Shown here: one piece after another, positions 1 to 11,223 of the stretch
Layout of the letters: each line of letters opens with the position of its first letter
Position numbering within the stretch: position 1 is the stretch's first letter
The notes under the pieces: model-generated
Databases searched by the model: none
The model's input: the letters and a program-made list of their open reading frames with translations, nothing else
Told to the model about the DNA's origin: nothing
Source: Octopus bimaculoides
Lineage: Eukaryota
NCBI RefSeq assembly: GCF_001194135.2
Contig: NC_068993.1
Span: 25,070,398 to 25,134,397 of the forward strand
Direction: 5' to 3'
DNA length: 64,000 nucleotides
Made by a program: the position numbers and the translations under genes

Positions 1-305
1 GTAGGATTTTCAAGCGAGATCGTTGCCGGTGCCCCTGGACTGGCTCTTGTGCGGGTGACACATGAGGTTTTTTGAGCGAGATGAGCATGGCCGTTGCCAG
101 TACTGCCTGACTGGCCTTCGTGCGGGTGACACGTTAAAGCACCCACTACACTCTCTGAGTGGTTGGCGTTAGGAAGGGCATCCAGCTGTAGAAACTCTGC
201 CAAATCAGATTGGAGCCTGGTGTAGCCATCTGGTTTCACCAGTCCTCAGTCAAATCGTCCAACCCATGCTAGCATGGAAAGCGGACGTTAAACGACGACG
301 ACGAC
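1..305 (+). mobile_element. RTE-type LINE 3' end (3' UTR plus GAC/GAT microsatellite tail)
   Basis: Ends in aacccatgctagcatggaaagcggacgttaaacgacgacgac. The same tail terminates the RT-coding RTE copies at 33462-34880 and 50844-53075. Confidence 0.75.
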
Positions 306-319
306 AGCGAGGACTACCA

Positions 320-685
320 ATCTTGTCTTTTACTTGTTTCAGTCATTAGTCAAATGTATCAACCCCAGTACTTATTTTTTAAAACCTAGTAATTATTCTA
401 TTGGTCTCTTTCACCAAACTGCTAAGTTACAAGGATGTAAACACACTGGTACTCGTTGCCAAGCAGTGATGGTGATAGGGGCAAACACAGACACAAAAAC
501 ACACATACAGATATATATATATGGATGTATATGACAGGCTTCTTTCAGTTTCTGTGTACCAAATCCACTAGTAAGGCTTTGGTCAGCCCAAATCTATAAC
601 AGAAGACACTCGCCTAAGGTGCCATGCAGTGGGACTGAACCCCAAACCATGTGATTGGGAAGCAAACTTCTTACCACATAGGTAT
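320..685 (-). mobile_element. tRNA-derived SINE, family A (tRNA-like head, central CA/TA microsatellite, tail ending gactgaaacaagtaaaaga)
   Basis: Minus strand begins with a tRNA-like head (..tgtggtaagaagtttgcttcccaatcacatggtttggggttcagtccc). More than 10 similar copies occur in the window. Confidence 0.8.
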
Positions 686-1299
686 GTTTGTGCGTTTGTT
701 TACAATTTTATCATAACAGAAAAGAAAGTACAAATAATATCGATCTGTTGTGCCTAGTAAATGTTTTAAGGATCGTGAATTGATAAAAGATTACATCCCT
801 AGAGATTGACAAATTTAAATGTTATTTATAACATCCAATAAGTGAAAAAGTTTTGGGCATACCTCAAGCAAAGAAATAAAATAGAAATAAATATTTATCT
901 TCTTTGTTTTTCAGATGTTATGGATAAAGTAGTTTAAAGAAGATTTGGCTGCTATTTGTAGCAGATCGAGTGACCACATAAAGGTTTCACATATGTTGAT
1001 CTCCATGGCAATGGACCACGTAAAGGTTTCACATATGTTGATCTCCATAGCAATGGAGATCAGCATAAACAATAATGTCAACAATGGAGGCTTTTGATAG
1101 GCTAAAATTACCTACTTTTAAATGCATGTAACTACGTCAAAATTATATTTTGAAAATAATCTGGTGTAAACTCAAAAAACTTCAATGGCCGAAAGAAACT
1201 TAACAAGATCCATCTTCTCTAATTTATATCAGTTCCAATTTGGAATTACTACCCTCCTAAGTGGATAGCCTGCATTGCATCTTGTGGAGTGCACAACTT

Positions 1300-1710
1300 T
1301 TATCTTCTATCTTTAACTTGTTTCAGTTGTGGGGCTGCAGACATGCTGGGGCACCACCACGAAGAATTTTTAGTAGAATGAATTGTCCCTAGGATTTATT
1401 ATTATTATTCTTTAAATCCTGGCACTTATTCTATCGATCTCTTTGCCGAACCACTAAGTCACAGGGATGTAAACACCATCACCAGTTGTCAAACAGTGGG
1501 GTTAGGGTGGGGGGAGGAGGACAGACACAAAAACATACACACAAACAAACACACATATATATATAAACGATGAGTTTTTTTCAGTTCCTATCAACCAAAT
1601 CCACTCAAAAGTCTTTGGTTGGCCTGAGGCTATAGAAGACACTTGCTTAAGGGACTGAACCGAGAACAATGTGGTTGGGAAGCAAACTTCTTATCACACA
1701 GTCATGCCCT
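1300..1710 (-). mobile_element. tRNA-derived SINE, family A
   Basis: Same head, microsatellite and tail as 320-685. Confidence 0.8.
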
Positions 1711-2004
1711 GTGCCTGATCATACATTCTTTCGAAGTTGGGGAGGGCCTTAGCTACGGAATGAGAATCATGGTAATGAGCTGATGTAGCTTGGAATACAG
1801 GTTGACTCTGCTAAGTGAGCAGAGATAGGGATGGAGGTTGGAAAAGTATTCTGAATGACTGGGAGTGAAACAGCATCCATAGCACTATGTAGAGGGTTAT
1901 AGCAAAAAGTTCTCTTGAAGTTGCATTGCAAAGGTAAAAGAGGTAAAGAGCTGCTTCGATCATGAATGACTATGGGATAAGAAAGTTACTCTCTGAAGCA
2001 CAAA

Positions 2005-2262
2005 TCTGGGCAAGGTTGTTTATGGAAGATCCGCATACCAATCTCCCCTCTCCACCCCACCTATGTTATCCAAGGGAACAGCAAAGGCCGATACAGCTCG
2101 GCACCAATAATGTTGCAACTCATTTCTGCAGTTGAGTGAACTGGAGCAACGTGAAATAAAGTGTCTTGCTCAAGAACACAACACACAGCCCGGGCTGGGA
2201 ATCAAACTCACTACTTAATGATTGTGAGCTCGATGCTCTAACCACTGAGCCATGCATTTCCA
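2005..2262 (-). mobile_element. tRNA-derived SINE, family C
   Basis: Minus strand: tggctcagtggttagagcatcgagctcacaatc...gagtttgattccc (A and B boxes), then tgtgttcttgagcaagacactttatttcac, a typical SINE body motif. Confidence 0.65.
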
Positions 2263-3752
2263 CATTGTAGCCTTCTTGTTTTAATGTGGTAAGGTGGATG
2301 GATGTGTATAGTGTCCCAAAATGTGATGGGGGTATAAACAGAGTACATTTATAAGAGAAAGAAACAAAGAGGAAAAAAAGAAAGACAGAGATATAATGAG
2401 GAAAGAATAGAAACAGGTGACAATGAGGTGGCTAGATATAATAAATACAGAAACATTTTATAATGAAATATGTTTAAAGTAAGAAAGTTCTGATCTTGCT
2501 TCTGACCAATCATAATCTTTCAAATTTAACTGAGAATATGTTAGTCAGAAGTGTGCATGTTGAACACCTTTCAAAACATTCTCTCCTCTCCCCCATCAAG
2601 TTTATATATGCAGCATGTTTATAAGAAAGAGGTAGAGAAGAAAGGAATAAAAGAGACAGAAAAGTGAATAAAATGGGGGTAGATAATAGACTACATAGAG
2701 AGATTTTAAAACTGAGAGAAAGTCACATACACACTCATGCATACAGATTTCATATATACAAAGGCACACAGTCAATGATAATGAGGATATTAGCTCATTA
2801 ATCAAGTCAAACTTTCTTTTATCTTTCTTTGTATTTTTCTTCCTTTTTCTTCAGTTCTTTTGCTTTCATGTTTGCAGGAAGGTGACTATATGGTGGCTAT
2901 ATACTTAAAGTCCTTGACAACTGATTCATTATTCCAGAGTTGAAATCTAGCTTGTACCATTTAAAAGTGCCATAGCATTTGTTGTTCTACTGTTATCAGT
3001 TGGTTGTGTTGCAGCCACATCCATTTTAAAATGTAAGACACACACACAAATGCACACACACACATACACACACACACAGAGCCAATGAATGAGCTTTTAT
3101 GTAGTTGCTTGGCCTGCAAAACATAGCAACCCAGTTTACTTATCTAGCACCTTTCCTTCTTAAAAATGTAAAGGGACAATGTAGGGATGGTAGTGTCATG
3201 GTCTGCTTTAATCATAGGCATGATCAGTCAGGGCAAACCTGGAGATAAGCAACAACAACTGCCACAGCAGCTGTCTGCGCCACCGCCACCACCACCACCA
3301 CCAAAAGGACTCAAAATATTTAAAACCAAATAAGACTGAGAACAATTCATGATAATCGAATCATTATTTGGATGAATCTTGAGTTTAAAATAAAACTTAT
3401 AAGACATTATAGAATGGCTAATAAAAGATATACAAAGATAGGTCATGTGATTTTGTGAGAGTTCCTTTTTCTGTTATTCACAAAATAACATCAGTTTTTT
3501 TTAGCTGTGAACACAGCACACACAAAATACAACTGAACCAATTTCCTTTTATGGTGTCAAGCCACCAAACTTCAAGAGTTCAAAACTGAACCTGGACTCT
3601 ATTAATCCCCACCCAGGAGGTGGGAAACAGCTTCAGGTACTGCACCTCTTCTGATAACTAAATAATAAAAATATTCCACATACACTAAAAGAAAATAGAA
3701 TGAAGACAAGACATGGAATGGGAATCAGGGATTTGCAATCATCTCACCAAAA

Positions 3753-4200
3753 TCATCATCATCATCATTTAACATCCATTTTCCATGCTTAGCATAGGTT
3801 AGATGGTTTGACAGGAGCTGGCAGAAGCGTTAGCACGCCGGGCGAAATGCTTAGCGGTATTTCGTCTGCCGCTACGTTCTGAGTTCAAATTCCGCCGAGG
3901 TCGACTTTGCCTTTCATCCTTTCGGGGTCGATAAATTAAGTACCACTTACGCACTGCGGTCGACATAATCGACTTAATCCGTTTGTCTGTCCTTGTTTGT
4001 CCCCTCTGTGTGTAGCCCCCTGGGGGCAGTAAAAAGAAATAGGAGCTGGCAAGCTGCACCAGGTTCCAATCGTCTGTTTTGAGATGATTTCTATAGCTGG
4101 ATGCCCTCCCTGATGCCAACTACTTTACAGAGTGTACTGGGTGCTTTTTACATGGCATCAGCACAGACACTCTTTAGGTGGCACCAGCACAGGTACTTAT
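3753..4200 (-). mobile_element. RTE-type LINE 3' fragment interrupted by a SINE
   Basis: (CAT)n tttaacatccattttccatgc tail at the left end. The body resumes after 4051. Confidence 0.7.
3813..4051 (+). mobile_element. tRNA-derived SINE, family B (Meta-like central domain), with 11-bp flanking direct repeat
   Basis: gagctggcagaagcgttagcacgccgggcg head and gagttcaaattcc B box. The segment gtcgactttgcctttcatcctttcggggtcgataaattaagtacca resembles the Meta/Sauria SINE core (from memory). AGGAGCTGGCA occurs at 3813-3823 and 4041-4051. Confidence 0.8.
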
Positions 4201-4217
4201 GTGACACACAAACACAC

Positions 4218-4376
4218 ATGTGACTGTATTGTAAGAAGCTTGCTTCTCAACCACATGGTTCCGAGTTCACGACACCATGGGCAAGTGCCTTCCAAAATAG
4301 CCTTGGACTGACCAAAGCCTTGTGAGTGGATTTGGTAGACAGAAACTTAAAGAAGCCTATCATATGTGTGTGTGTG

Positions 4377-4423
<47 letters not shown>

Positions 4424-4585
4424 ATCTGTTCCCCACCACCACTTGATGACTGGGGCTGGTGTGTTTATGTCCCCATAACTTAGCGGTTCGGCAAAAGAAG
4501 CCTATAGAATAAGTACCAATCTTAAAAGAATAAACATACTAGGATTGATTCATTCAGCTAAAAATTCTTCAAGATAGTGTCCCAT
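4218..4585 (+). mobile_element. tRNA-derived SINE, family A
   Basis: Head gtaagaagcttgcttctcaaccacatggttccgagttca, central (TG)/(TC)n, family-A tail. Confidence 0.75.
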
Positions 4586-4592
4586 TTGCCCA

Positions 4593-4652
4593 TGATAGAG
4601 AGATAGAGAGATAGATAGATAGAGAGATAGATAGATAGAGAGATAGATAGAT
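4593..4652. repeat. (GATA)/(GA) microsatellite
   Basis: Directly visible. Confidence 0.9.
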
Positions 4653-4945
4653 ACTAACATGCATACATAGACATACAGACATTTGTAGAATATCCATCTA
4701 CAAACAGTCATATTCTGTTGTCAATTTTGATTAATTGTTCCTTAAGTTCATTAAAGCTACTGCTACTACAAGCTTTTCATTAATACACAAAAAGGACATT
4801 TAGGTAAAAAAAAAAATTTATTGTAAGTGCCAGCTCTACAACAATAATGGTGAGGATGCTGACAACAACAACAATAATGGTTACAAAAAGAGTGTTTGTC
4901 AATGACAGAATATTCCAATAAAATTTGTGGGTGAAGATAACTTAC

Positions 4946-5101
4946 ATTAACTTTCCAGTCAAAATTATGTAGTTCCCTCTCTGAGATGCTGTCTGTCTTT
5001 GCAAGCAACTGTTCCACAATGTCTTCCCTACGGCAGTCTATCACCTCAAAGATACTTTGCTTGTACTCATCTGGAACTGTGTCACCAACATAACTAAATA
5101 T
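4946..5101 (-). CDS. COMMD8: COMM domain-containing protein 8, coding exon 3 (IFSYVGDTVPDEYKQSIFEVIDCRREDIVEQLLAKTDSISERELHNFDWKVN)
   Basis: 156 nt, phase 0/0. Acceptor ttttctactgcag, donor GTAAGT. Similar to human COMMD8 IFQQLNQL...QETIMKCVKSRKDEIKQAL...SAQLQDFDWQVK, including the COMM-domain W motif and a matching exon boundary (from memory). Confidence 0.9.
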
Positions 5102-6054
5102 CTGCAGTAGAAAATTAAAATAGGATTTAACATAGCATCCACATAAAGGCTCTTTATTTGGGGACCAAACTATTAAAACTTCATGGGTTGGATGAAGAAA
5201 TGTAGCAAGAATGTAGGGCAGATTCAGGAGTAATAATATTAGCATTGATCTTAGTTTGATCATTTATATGAAATGATGCTTAGAGGCAGGGTTCTATAGG
5301 CTCATTCAATTTACATTGTGATGAAAACTTGGACATATAATTGGTACAAACACATTATCTTAACTATTTTACATGTATAATTCAACCAACAATATGGATT
5401 ATATATAAATCTGTAGATGCATTTTAATTCCAGAAGTGCTTCCAAAGTCCAGTGCTAAGTTAACTGCATTCTAATGACATGAAGTGAATGAAAGATAAAT
5501 TTCCTGCTCAATAAGATACTGGCATACTGAAGGTAATAATTGCAGTATGATCTGGTACCTATTCCAGAGGAGTTCACTGAAATGAGGAAAAGTGAAGCAA
5601 CAAAACACTTGCAGTGAATTTGAACCAAGAGTCATTGAGGATATAGTTTAATACCTTAAGTATTCAATCATTTTGCCTTCACATATGAATAGTAAGGGTC
5701 CTAATTTTCAAATAAGTGTATAAAGAGGGTTTTCTCACATAAATATTTAGGAAGTAGGAAGGTATGGTGTTCAGGCATTTTTCAGAAACATCAATTGAAG
5801 GGGGATAGGAAATGAAATTTAATAACGAATTCAGTTGCTAAAGAGTTTAGAGACAAACAACTACTGTAGTTGTCACTACAATTAGATACACTTGCTGCCA
5901 TAAACCACTTTACCAAGAATGGGAGTAACAACTATTTCCATAGGCAGCCAGAGGTAAGCAAACTAATGCAACAGTACCATAAATGCTCAGAGTAGCAGAA
6001 CAAATGACTGTAGTCTTGTTTGAACTTGTGACAATGACTGACTCCCATATTTAT

Positions 6055-6267
6055 CCCTTTAGCATTTAAACCGGCCATATCCAGCCAAATTATTCTACGT
6101 CTTTTATGTTCAAAGATCTGGCCTCTTCCATCTACCCTGTAATGTTATTCTAAAAATAAACAATCGCATCATCAAAATCTTGAAGCAACAAGATAATGCT
6201 TGATTAGTTCAAAACAATATGAATAAATAAGTATCACATTTGACAGAATAATCTGAATGCTAAAGGG
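6055..6267. mobile_element. piggyBac-type MITE
   Basis: ttat|CCCTTTAGCATT...AATGCTAAAGGG|ttaa. Same family as 23929, 55241 and 59065. Confidence 0.75.
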
Positions 6268-6309
6268 TTAAAGAAATAAATATAAAAGAGAATGATTCCA
6301 TTTCCTCAC

Positions 6310-6471
6310 CTGGTCTTTTGTCCAAGACTCTTTACCAGCAGTTAGTACCAACTCTTCACAGCCATCACACACCTGCCAAAACTGTTGTATATTCCACACA
6401 CTACTATAGTCTTTGTAATGCAATATATAACGACTATCTTTATACAGTTGGCTAATGATACCATGAAAAAG
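6310..6471 (-). CDS. COMMD8: COMMD8 coding exon 2 (LFHGIISQLYKDSRYILHYKDYSSVWNIQQFWQVCDGCEELVLTAGKESWTKDQ)
   Basis: 162 nt, phase 0/0. Acceptor atttttcag, donor GTGAGG. Resembles human [34 protein letters not shown]. Absent from the ORF track. Confidence 0.85.
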
Positions 6472-7319
6472 CTGAAAAATAAAAACAATAAATTTAAAGA
6501 AAATAGAAGAGACAATGATGATGATAATTATTAATCTGGACTGCTAGACTAACTACAGTAGAAATTACACATGAAGAGGAATGAAAGAGCTTCTCTTTGT
6601 AGTTGATCAAAGTGAAGCTAAATTCTCTCAAATCCCACTCTACTGTCTTAAAAATTACACACTGTGCAATATAGTCCTATAATTAGAAAATAATGAGATG
6701 GTCATAGCTGGAATGCTTTTGGTTATTAGTCTACTCAATCAGGGTTGACCCAGAGCTAGACAACAGCATGGACAACTCACTTCGGTTTATAGAGAGTTCT
6801 TTATGTTCTGGTTGCCAACACATAAATGTTTTTTCTTACAAGAAATAAAAGGAGGAACCAGAAGTAATACAAAACATATTTGTGGCACTAATGACAGATC
6901 ATTGTTAATAACTACATCCAAGGTTTTGAGACAGTTGTATCTCACAATCATAAAAAAATAAATCTGGTAATTCTACAGCAGCATTCAGGTTCTTCCAGCA
7001 GAATATGAGGCATTTGTTTGCAAGTGAGAGATAACACTCTCAGTCAATTAGAGAGAAAGAAATTTGCTGAAAAAGTGTCTTTTCATGAATGTCAGGAGTA
7101 GATGATTGCACTAGTATGGACATGTATTGTGAATCAATGATAAATACTAGGTGAACAAGAGGCATGCTGGAGATGAAAGATAATAGAAGAGACAATAATG
7201 GAAATAGTGAGTAGGGTAATAATGATAATGAATCTGGAATATCAGACTGACAACAATACAAATTACACGATGGACAATGAAAAAGCCTCTCTCTGAGAGT
7301 AGAAAAAAGTTACATCACA

Positions 7320-7700
7320 CATGGATATGTGGGTATTTTGAAAATGCAACTGGGATTACTTTTCTTGAAACCTTCCACAGTCTTCACATTTCCCGAGCCA
7401 AATCCTGGTATTTTCTTCAGTTCATTGACTGCTACATTCAGCCTGTAGATATAGCCATATTTATGATGATGCATTCTTTTTTGCCCTTTGTCCAGAACAA
7501 TAATACCTGGTCAACTTACACTTCTGGAGGATTTTTGCAAATCTTACAAGAAATTATAAAAATACATGAGTATGTCTGTAACTATTTCGTACACATTCAG
7601 TGTCTTTGTAATCAAAGACCAGTTGCTGCTAGGCTACTGAATCAACAAGCTTGCAGTATTGTTTTTAAGGTGCCAAATACACTTTACTAAAGAAGCAAGT
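7320..7700 (-). pseudogene. Decayed C-terminus of a restriction-like-endonuclease (R4/Dong/HERO-type) non-LTR retrotransposon
   Basis: Frameshifted minus-strand translation PGIIVLDKGQK/ECIIINMAIS...RKYQDLAREM*RLWKVSRKVIPVAF matches the RLE pattern RPDIxxxDKxxKxCxIIDxAxP...KYQDLxxExxRLW...VIPV. Confidence 0.6.
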
Positions 7701-8150
7701 GCAGAAGTATTTTGCATCTGTAGAGCTGTTAAAAGTAAAGTATTTACATATTTGCCATCAAATATCAGTGCAGTGCTTCATTATTTGAAAGTTTATTGGT
7801 AACTGAAATGTTATATTGGTATGTCCTGCATTATGACAACGTATTTCATCATCTGCGTGACTGACCCATATGGTGTACCTCACCGACTGACACTGCTTGC
7901 TGTGTCTGTCCACCATTTATTGGTAGTGAAACAGCCCACTCGGGGGTGTCTGCCACAACACCTACCCCCTTTGAGGTTTTTTTTTCTTCTTTCACACAGC
8001 ATTTTTTTCTTTTTGTTTCATTTCTTTTTCTTCCACATACAGAATTATTTTTCTCTTCAGAATGCTGCAGGTAGTACCAGTCTACATCGTTTACTGGTAG
8101 CGCTATTAACACATAGCAACCTGACTCAAATCCTTCACACAGATTTACGC

Positions 8151-8352
8151 TATTTTTCACTGCGTGTAGTTCAGTTCTGTGTTAGAGTTCCAGTTTTATC
8201 AGACATTTTTTTCTTCAGAATCTTCTTTCAATAGTATTTATATATTTTTCACTGTGTGTAGTTCAGTTCTGTGTTAGAGTTCCAGTTTTATCAGACATTT
8301 TTTTCTTCAGAATCTTCTTTCAATAGTATTTATATATTTTTCACTGTGTGTA
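8151..8352. repeat. 92-bp tandem repeat (about 2.2 copies, runs into an assembly gap)
   Basis: Unit start tatttttcac at 8151, 8243 and 8335. Copies are nearly identical. Confidence 0.9.
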
Positions 8353-9057
8353 NNNNNNNNNNNNNNNNNNNNNNNNNNNNNNNNNNNNNNNNNNNNNNNN
8401 NNNNNNNNNNNNNNNNNNNNNNNNNNNNNNNNNNNNNNNNNNNNNNNNNNNNNNNNNNNNNNNNNNNNNNNNNNNNNNNNNNNNNNNNNNNNNNNNNNNN
8501 NNNNNNNNNNNNNNNNNNNNNNNNNNNNNNNNNNNNNNNNNNNNNNNNNNNNNNNNNNNNNNNNNNNNNNNNNNNNNNNNNNNNNNNNNNNNNNNNNNNN
8601 NNNNNNNNNNNNNNNNNNNNNNNNNNNNNNNNNNNNNNNNNNNNNNNNNNNNNNNNNNNNNNNNNNNNNNNNNNNNNNNNNNNNNNNNNNNNNNNNNNNN
8701 NNNNNNNNNNNNNNNNNNNNNNNNNNNNNNNNNNNNNNNNNNNNNNNNNNNNNNNNNNNNNNNNNNNNNNNNNNNNNNNNNNNNNNNNNNNNNNNNNNNN
8801 NNNNNNNNNNNNNNNNNNNNNNNNNNNNNNNNNNNNNNNNNNNNNNNNNNNNNNNNNNNNNNNNNNNNNNNNNNNNNNNNNNNNNNNNNNNNNNNNNNNN
8901 NNNNNNNNNNNNNNNNNNNNNNNNNNNNNNNNNNNNNNNNNNNNNNNNNNNNNNNNNNNNNNNNNNNNNNNNNNNNNNNNNNNNNNNNNNNNNNNNNNNN
9001 NNNNNNNNNNNNNNNNNNNNNNNNNNNNNNNNNNNNNNNNNNNNNNNNNNNNNNNNN
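8353..9057. other. Assembly gap (other gaps: 14884-15263, 28090-28180, 32245-32860, 33730-33753, 44561-44660, 44814-44823, 46476-46676, about 49652-49792, 50410-50843)
   Basis: N runs, many flanked by (TA)n or tandem repeats. Confidence 0.95.
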
Positions 9058-9400
9058 GCTTTTACTTGTTTCAGTCATTTGACTGCGGCCATGCTGGAGC
9101 ACCGCCTTTAGTCGAGCAAATCGACCCCCAGGACTTATTCTTTGTAAGCCTCGTACTTATTCTATCAGTCTCTTTTGCCAAACTGCTAAGTTACGGGGAC
9201 GTAAACACACCACCGTCGGTTGTCAAGCGATATATACGACGGGCTTCTTTCAGTTCCCGTCTACCAAATCCACTCACAAGGCTTTAGTCGGCCCGAGGTT
9301 ATAGTAGAAGACACTTGCCCAAGGTGCCACGCAGTGGGACTGAACCCGGAACCATGTGGTTGGTAAGCAAGCTACTTACCACACAGACACTCCTGTGCCT
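9058..9400 (-). mobile_element. tRNA-derived SINE, family A (little-diverged copy)
   Basis: Complete tail and head, ending ...accacacagacactcctgtgcc. Confidence 0.85.
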
Positions 9401-9414
9401 ATTGTAAATTTTTG

Positions 9415-10290
9415 TAAACTATTGTAAATTTCTACTAATTGTCAACTTACAAGTGGTGGTTTCACATTGTGATTTTTACAGATGAAACGTTGGCTCTGTT
9501 GGAGTCATTTCCATATTTATCATTATATTTTGTAGTAGGGGTTCTGAATGAGACGGGAAGATGTAAGATGACCACCAAAAAATGGCAATGCAAAAGTTTT
9601 CAGTCACCTCACATAAACCAATCAAGATACAGTGTTTTAAAACAGAAAAATGTCTATAATGAAAATTCATTACATAATGTTCATTTCAAGAAGTTACTGT
9701 ACATTGTTAATATTTCGTGTGGCTTCCTTCTTAGCTTGAATAATCGCATCAATGACCTTAGGAAGAGATGTGTACAAATCCTTCACCATCTTCACAGGTA
9801 TGAGATGAGTTCGTCAGAAGAATCCATGCAATCTTGAAGAGTTGTGGGAGCTTAGCAACTGAGAATGGCATCTCATACCTGTGAAGCTGGTGAAGGATTT
9901 GTACGGATCTTTTCCCAGGCACATTGAAACAATTACTCAAGCTAAGGGAAGCCACATGGAATATTAACATTGAACAGTAACTTCTTGAAATGAACATTAT
10001 GTAATAAATTTCCATTATAGACATTTTTCTGTTTTAAAATACTGTATCTTAATTGGCTTATGTGAGGTGGCTGAAAACTTTTGCATGGCCATTTTTGGTA
10101 GTAATCTCAAATCTTCCCCTGTCATTTAGAACCCCTGCTACAAAATATAATGATTAGGTATGGAAATGACTCCAATAAGGCCAATGTTTCACCTGTGAAA
10201 ACCACAATGTGAAACATCCACTTATACGTTGACAATTAGTAGAAATTTACAATAGTTTAAAGTGGCTGAAGACTTTTGTAAAGTATTGTA
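9415..10290. mobile_element. Tc1-derived fold-back (palindromic) non-autonomous element
   Basis: Inverted arms 9415-9807 and 9869-10259 with a 61-nt spacer. Plus strand encodes the Tc1 transposase C-terminus NLEELWELSN*EWHLIPVKLVKDLYGSFPRHIETITQAKGSHMEY*. Right end resembles a Tc1 TIR (reverse complement tacaatactttacaaaagtctt). Confidence 0.8.
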
Positions 10291-10399
10291 TACATATAAA
10301 ACAACCACAAGTGTATATAAACAAACTTACATCTTATTTTTTTTTTTTTAGAAGCATTGAATGTGTATTGTAGGATACAGACAAGGTGACAATAATTTA

Positions 10400-11192
10400 T
10401 TTACTTAAGTTTTAACATCCCCTTGCACAGCAATACTCCGGTCCCAGCATTTCTACTAGTTTTGAAATCTGGCCTGGAAGTCGTTTTCTGTAAAGGAGTT
10501 GAGGACCTTCTGTGATTTGCTCTTGATCTTGTCAACAATGGAGACTTTTGAGCTGCATTTTCATCTTGGGGAGATGGAAGTCCGTAGATGCTGAATCTGG
10601 CAAATAGGGTAGGTGCAGACGCGATATCATGCTGTTTTTAGTGAGAAGAGCTCAGTGTCAGGGTGCATTGTCGTCGTGAAGAATCCATTTCTTTGCAGAT
10701 GTTGGGATTACCTGCATGGACCCATACGACAGACCAACAACATCAGAAACATTGCTGATTGTCCTCTGATGATCCTCATGCATGAACTGATGAATTTTCT
10801 CTCCATATTTCCAGGGGTGATGCTTGTGGTAGGTCTTCTAGGAATGTTCTTCCACTTTTGAAGCACCCATGCCACGCAAAACATTGTATACGACCCGATG
10901 CATCATCACTGTAAGCTTTCTGAAGCATCCTCAATGTCTTTGTAGCAGATTTCCAAAGTTTCACACAAAATTTCACATTAGCTCTTTGTTCCAACTTCCT
11001 GTCCATGACAAAAAATTGCAAACTACAACATATACATGATCACAAAAACACAAATTTCACAACTTGCAAAGTAAACACAGCAGCAGTATTTGGAACATTG
11101 CCACATGAAGAGCACTGCTAACTCTCACTCTACAAGCAACCATGTGCTGCCATACTACAGATCTAGTCTTGGAAGTTTTTGATATCACCTCG

Positions 11193-11195
<3 letters not shown>
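10400..11195 (-). mobile_element. Internally deleted mariner transposon
   Basis: N-terminal HTH region EQRANVKFCVKLWKSATKTLRMLQKAYSDDA...FKSGRTFLED plus decayed C-terminal region. TIR-like end TA|CGAGGTGATATCAAAAACTT near 11192. Confidence 0.8.

Positions 11196-11214
<19 letters not shown>

Positions 11215-11223
<9 letters not shown>

Noticed and set aside
972-1066. 42-bp tandem duplication ending in a 14-bp hairpin
   Set aside because: Part of a dispersed repeat (related sequence near 54670) with no evidence of function. Terminator-type interpretations do not apply to a eukaryotic intron.
1170-1230. Minus-strand YKLEKMDLVKFLSAIEVF as a possible COMMD8 exon 4
   Set aside because: Flanked by in-frame stops and lacks the LALSSDK-like start. 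Exon 4 is probably outside the window.
2470-2545. Minus-strand LKDYDWS peptide resembling a COMM-domain motif
   Set aside because: Bounded by a stop, no convincing splice sites, and the equivalent motif is already supplied by exon 3.
7849-8160. 103-aa minus-strand ORF as a continuation of a P-type ATPase pseudogene
   Set aside because: Different frame from the DKTGT motif, and only scattered short resemblances (KGVGVV, TPEW) at the wrong spacing.
8271-9287. Long ORFs in the track spanning N runs (also near 14.9, 32.2, 46.5 and 50.4 kb)
   Set aside because: They are poly-X translations of assembly gaps.
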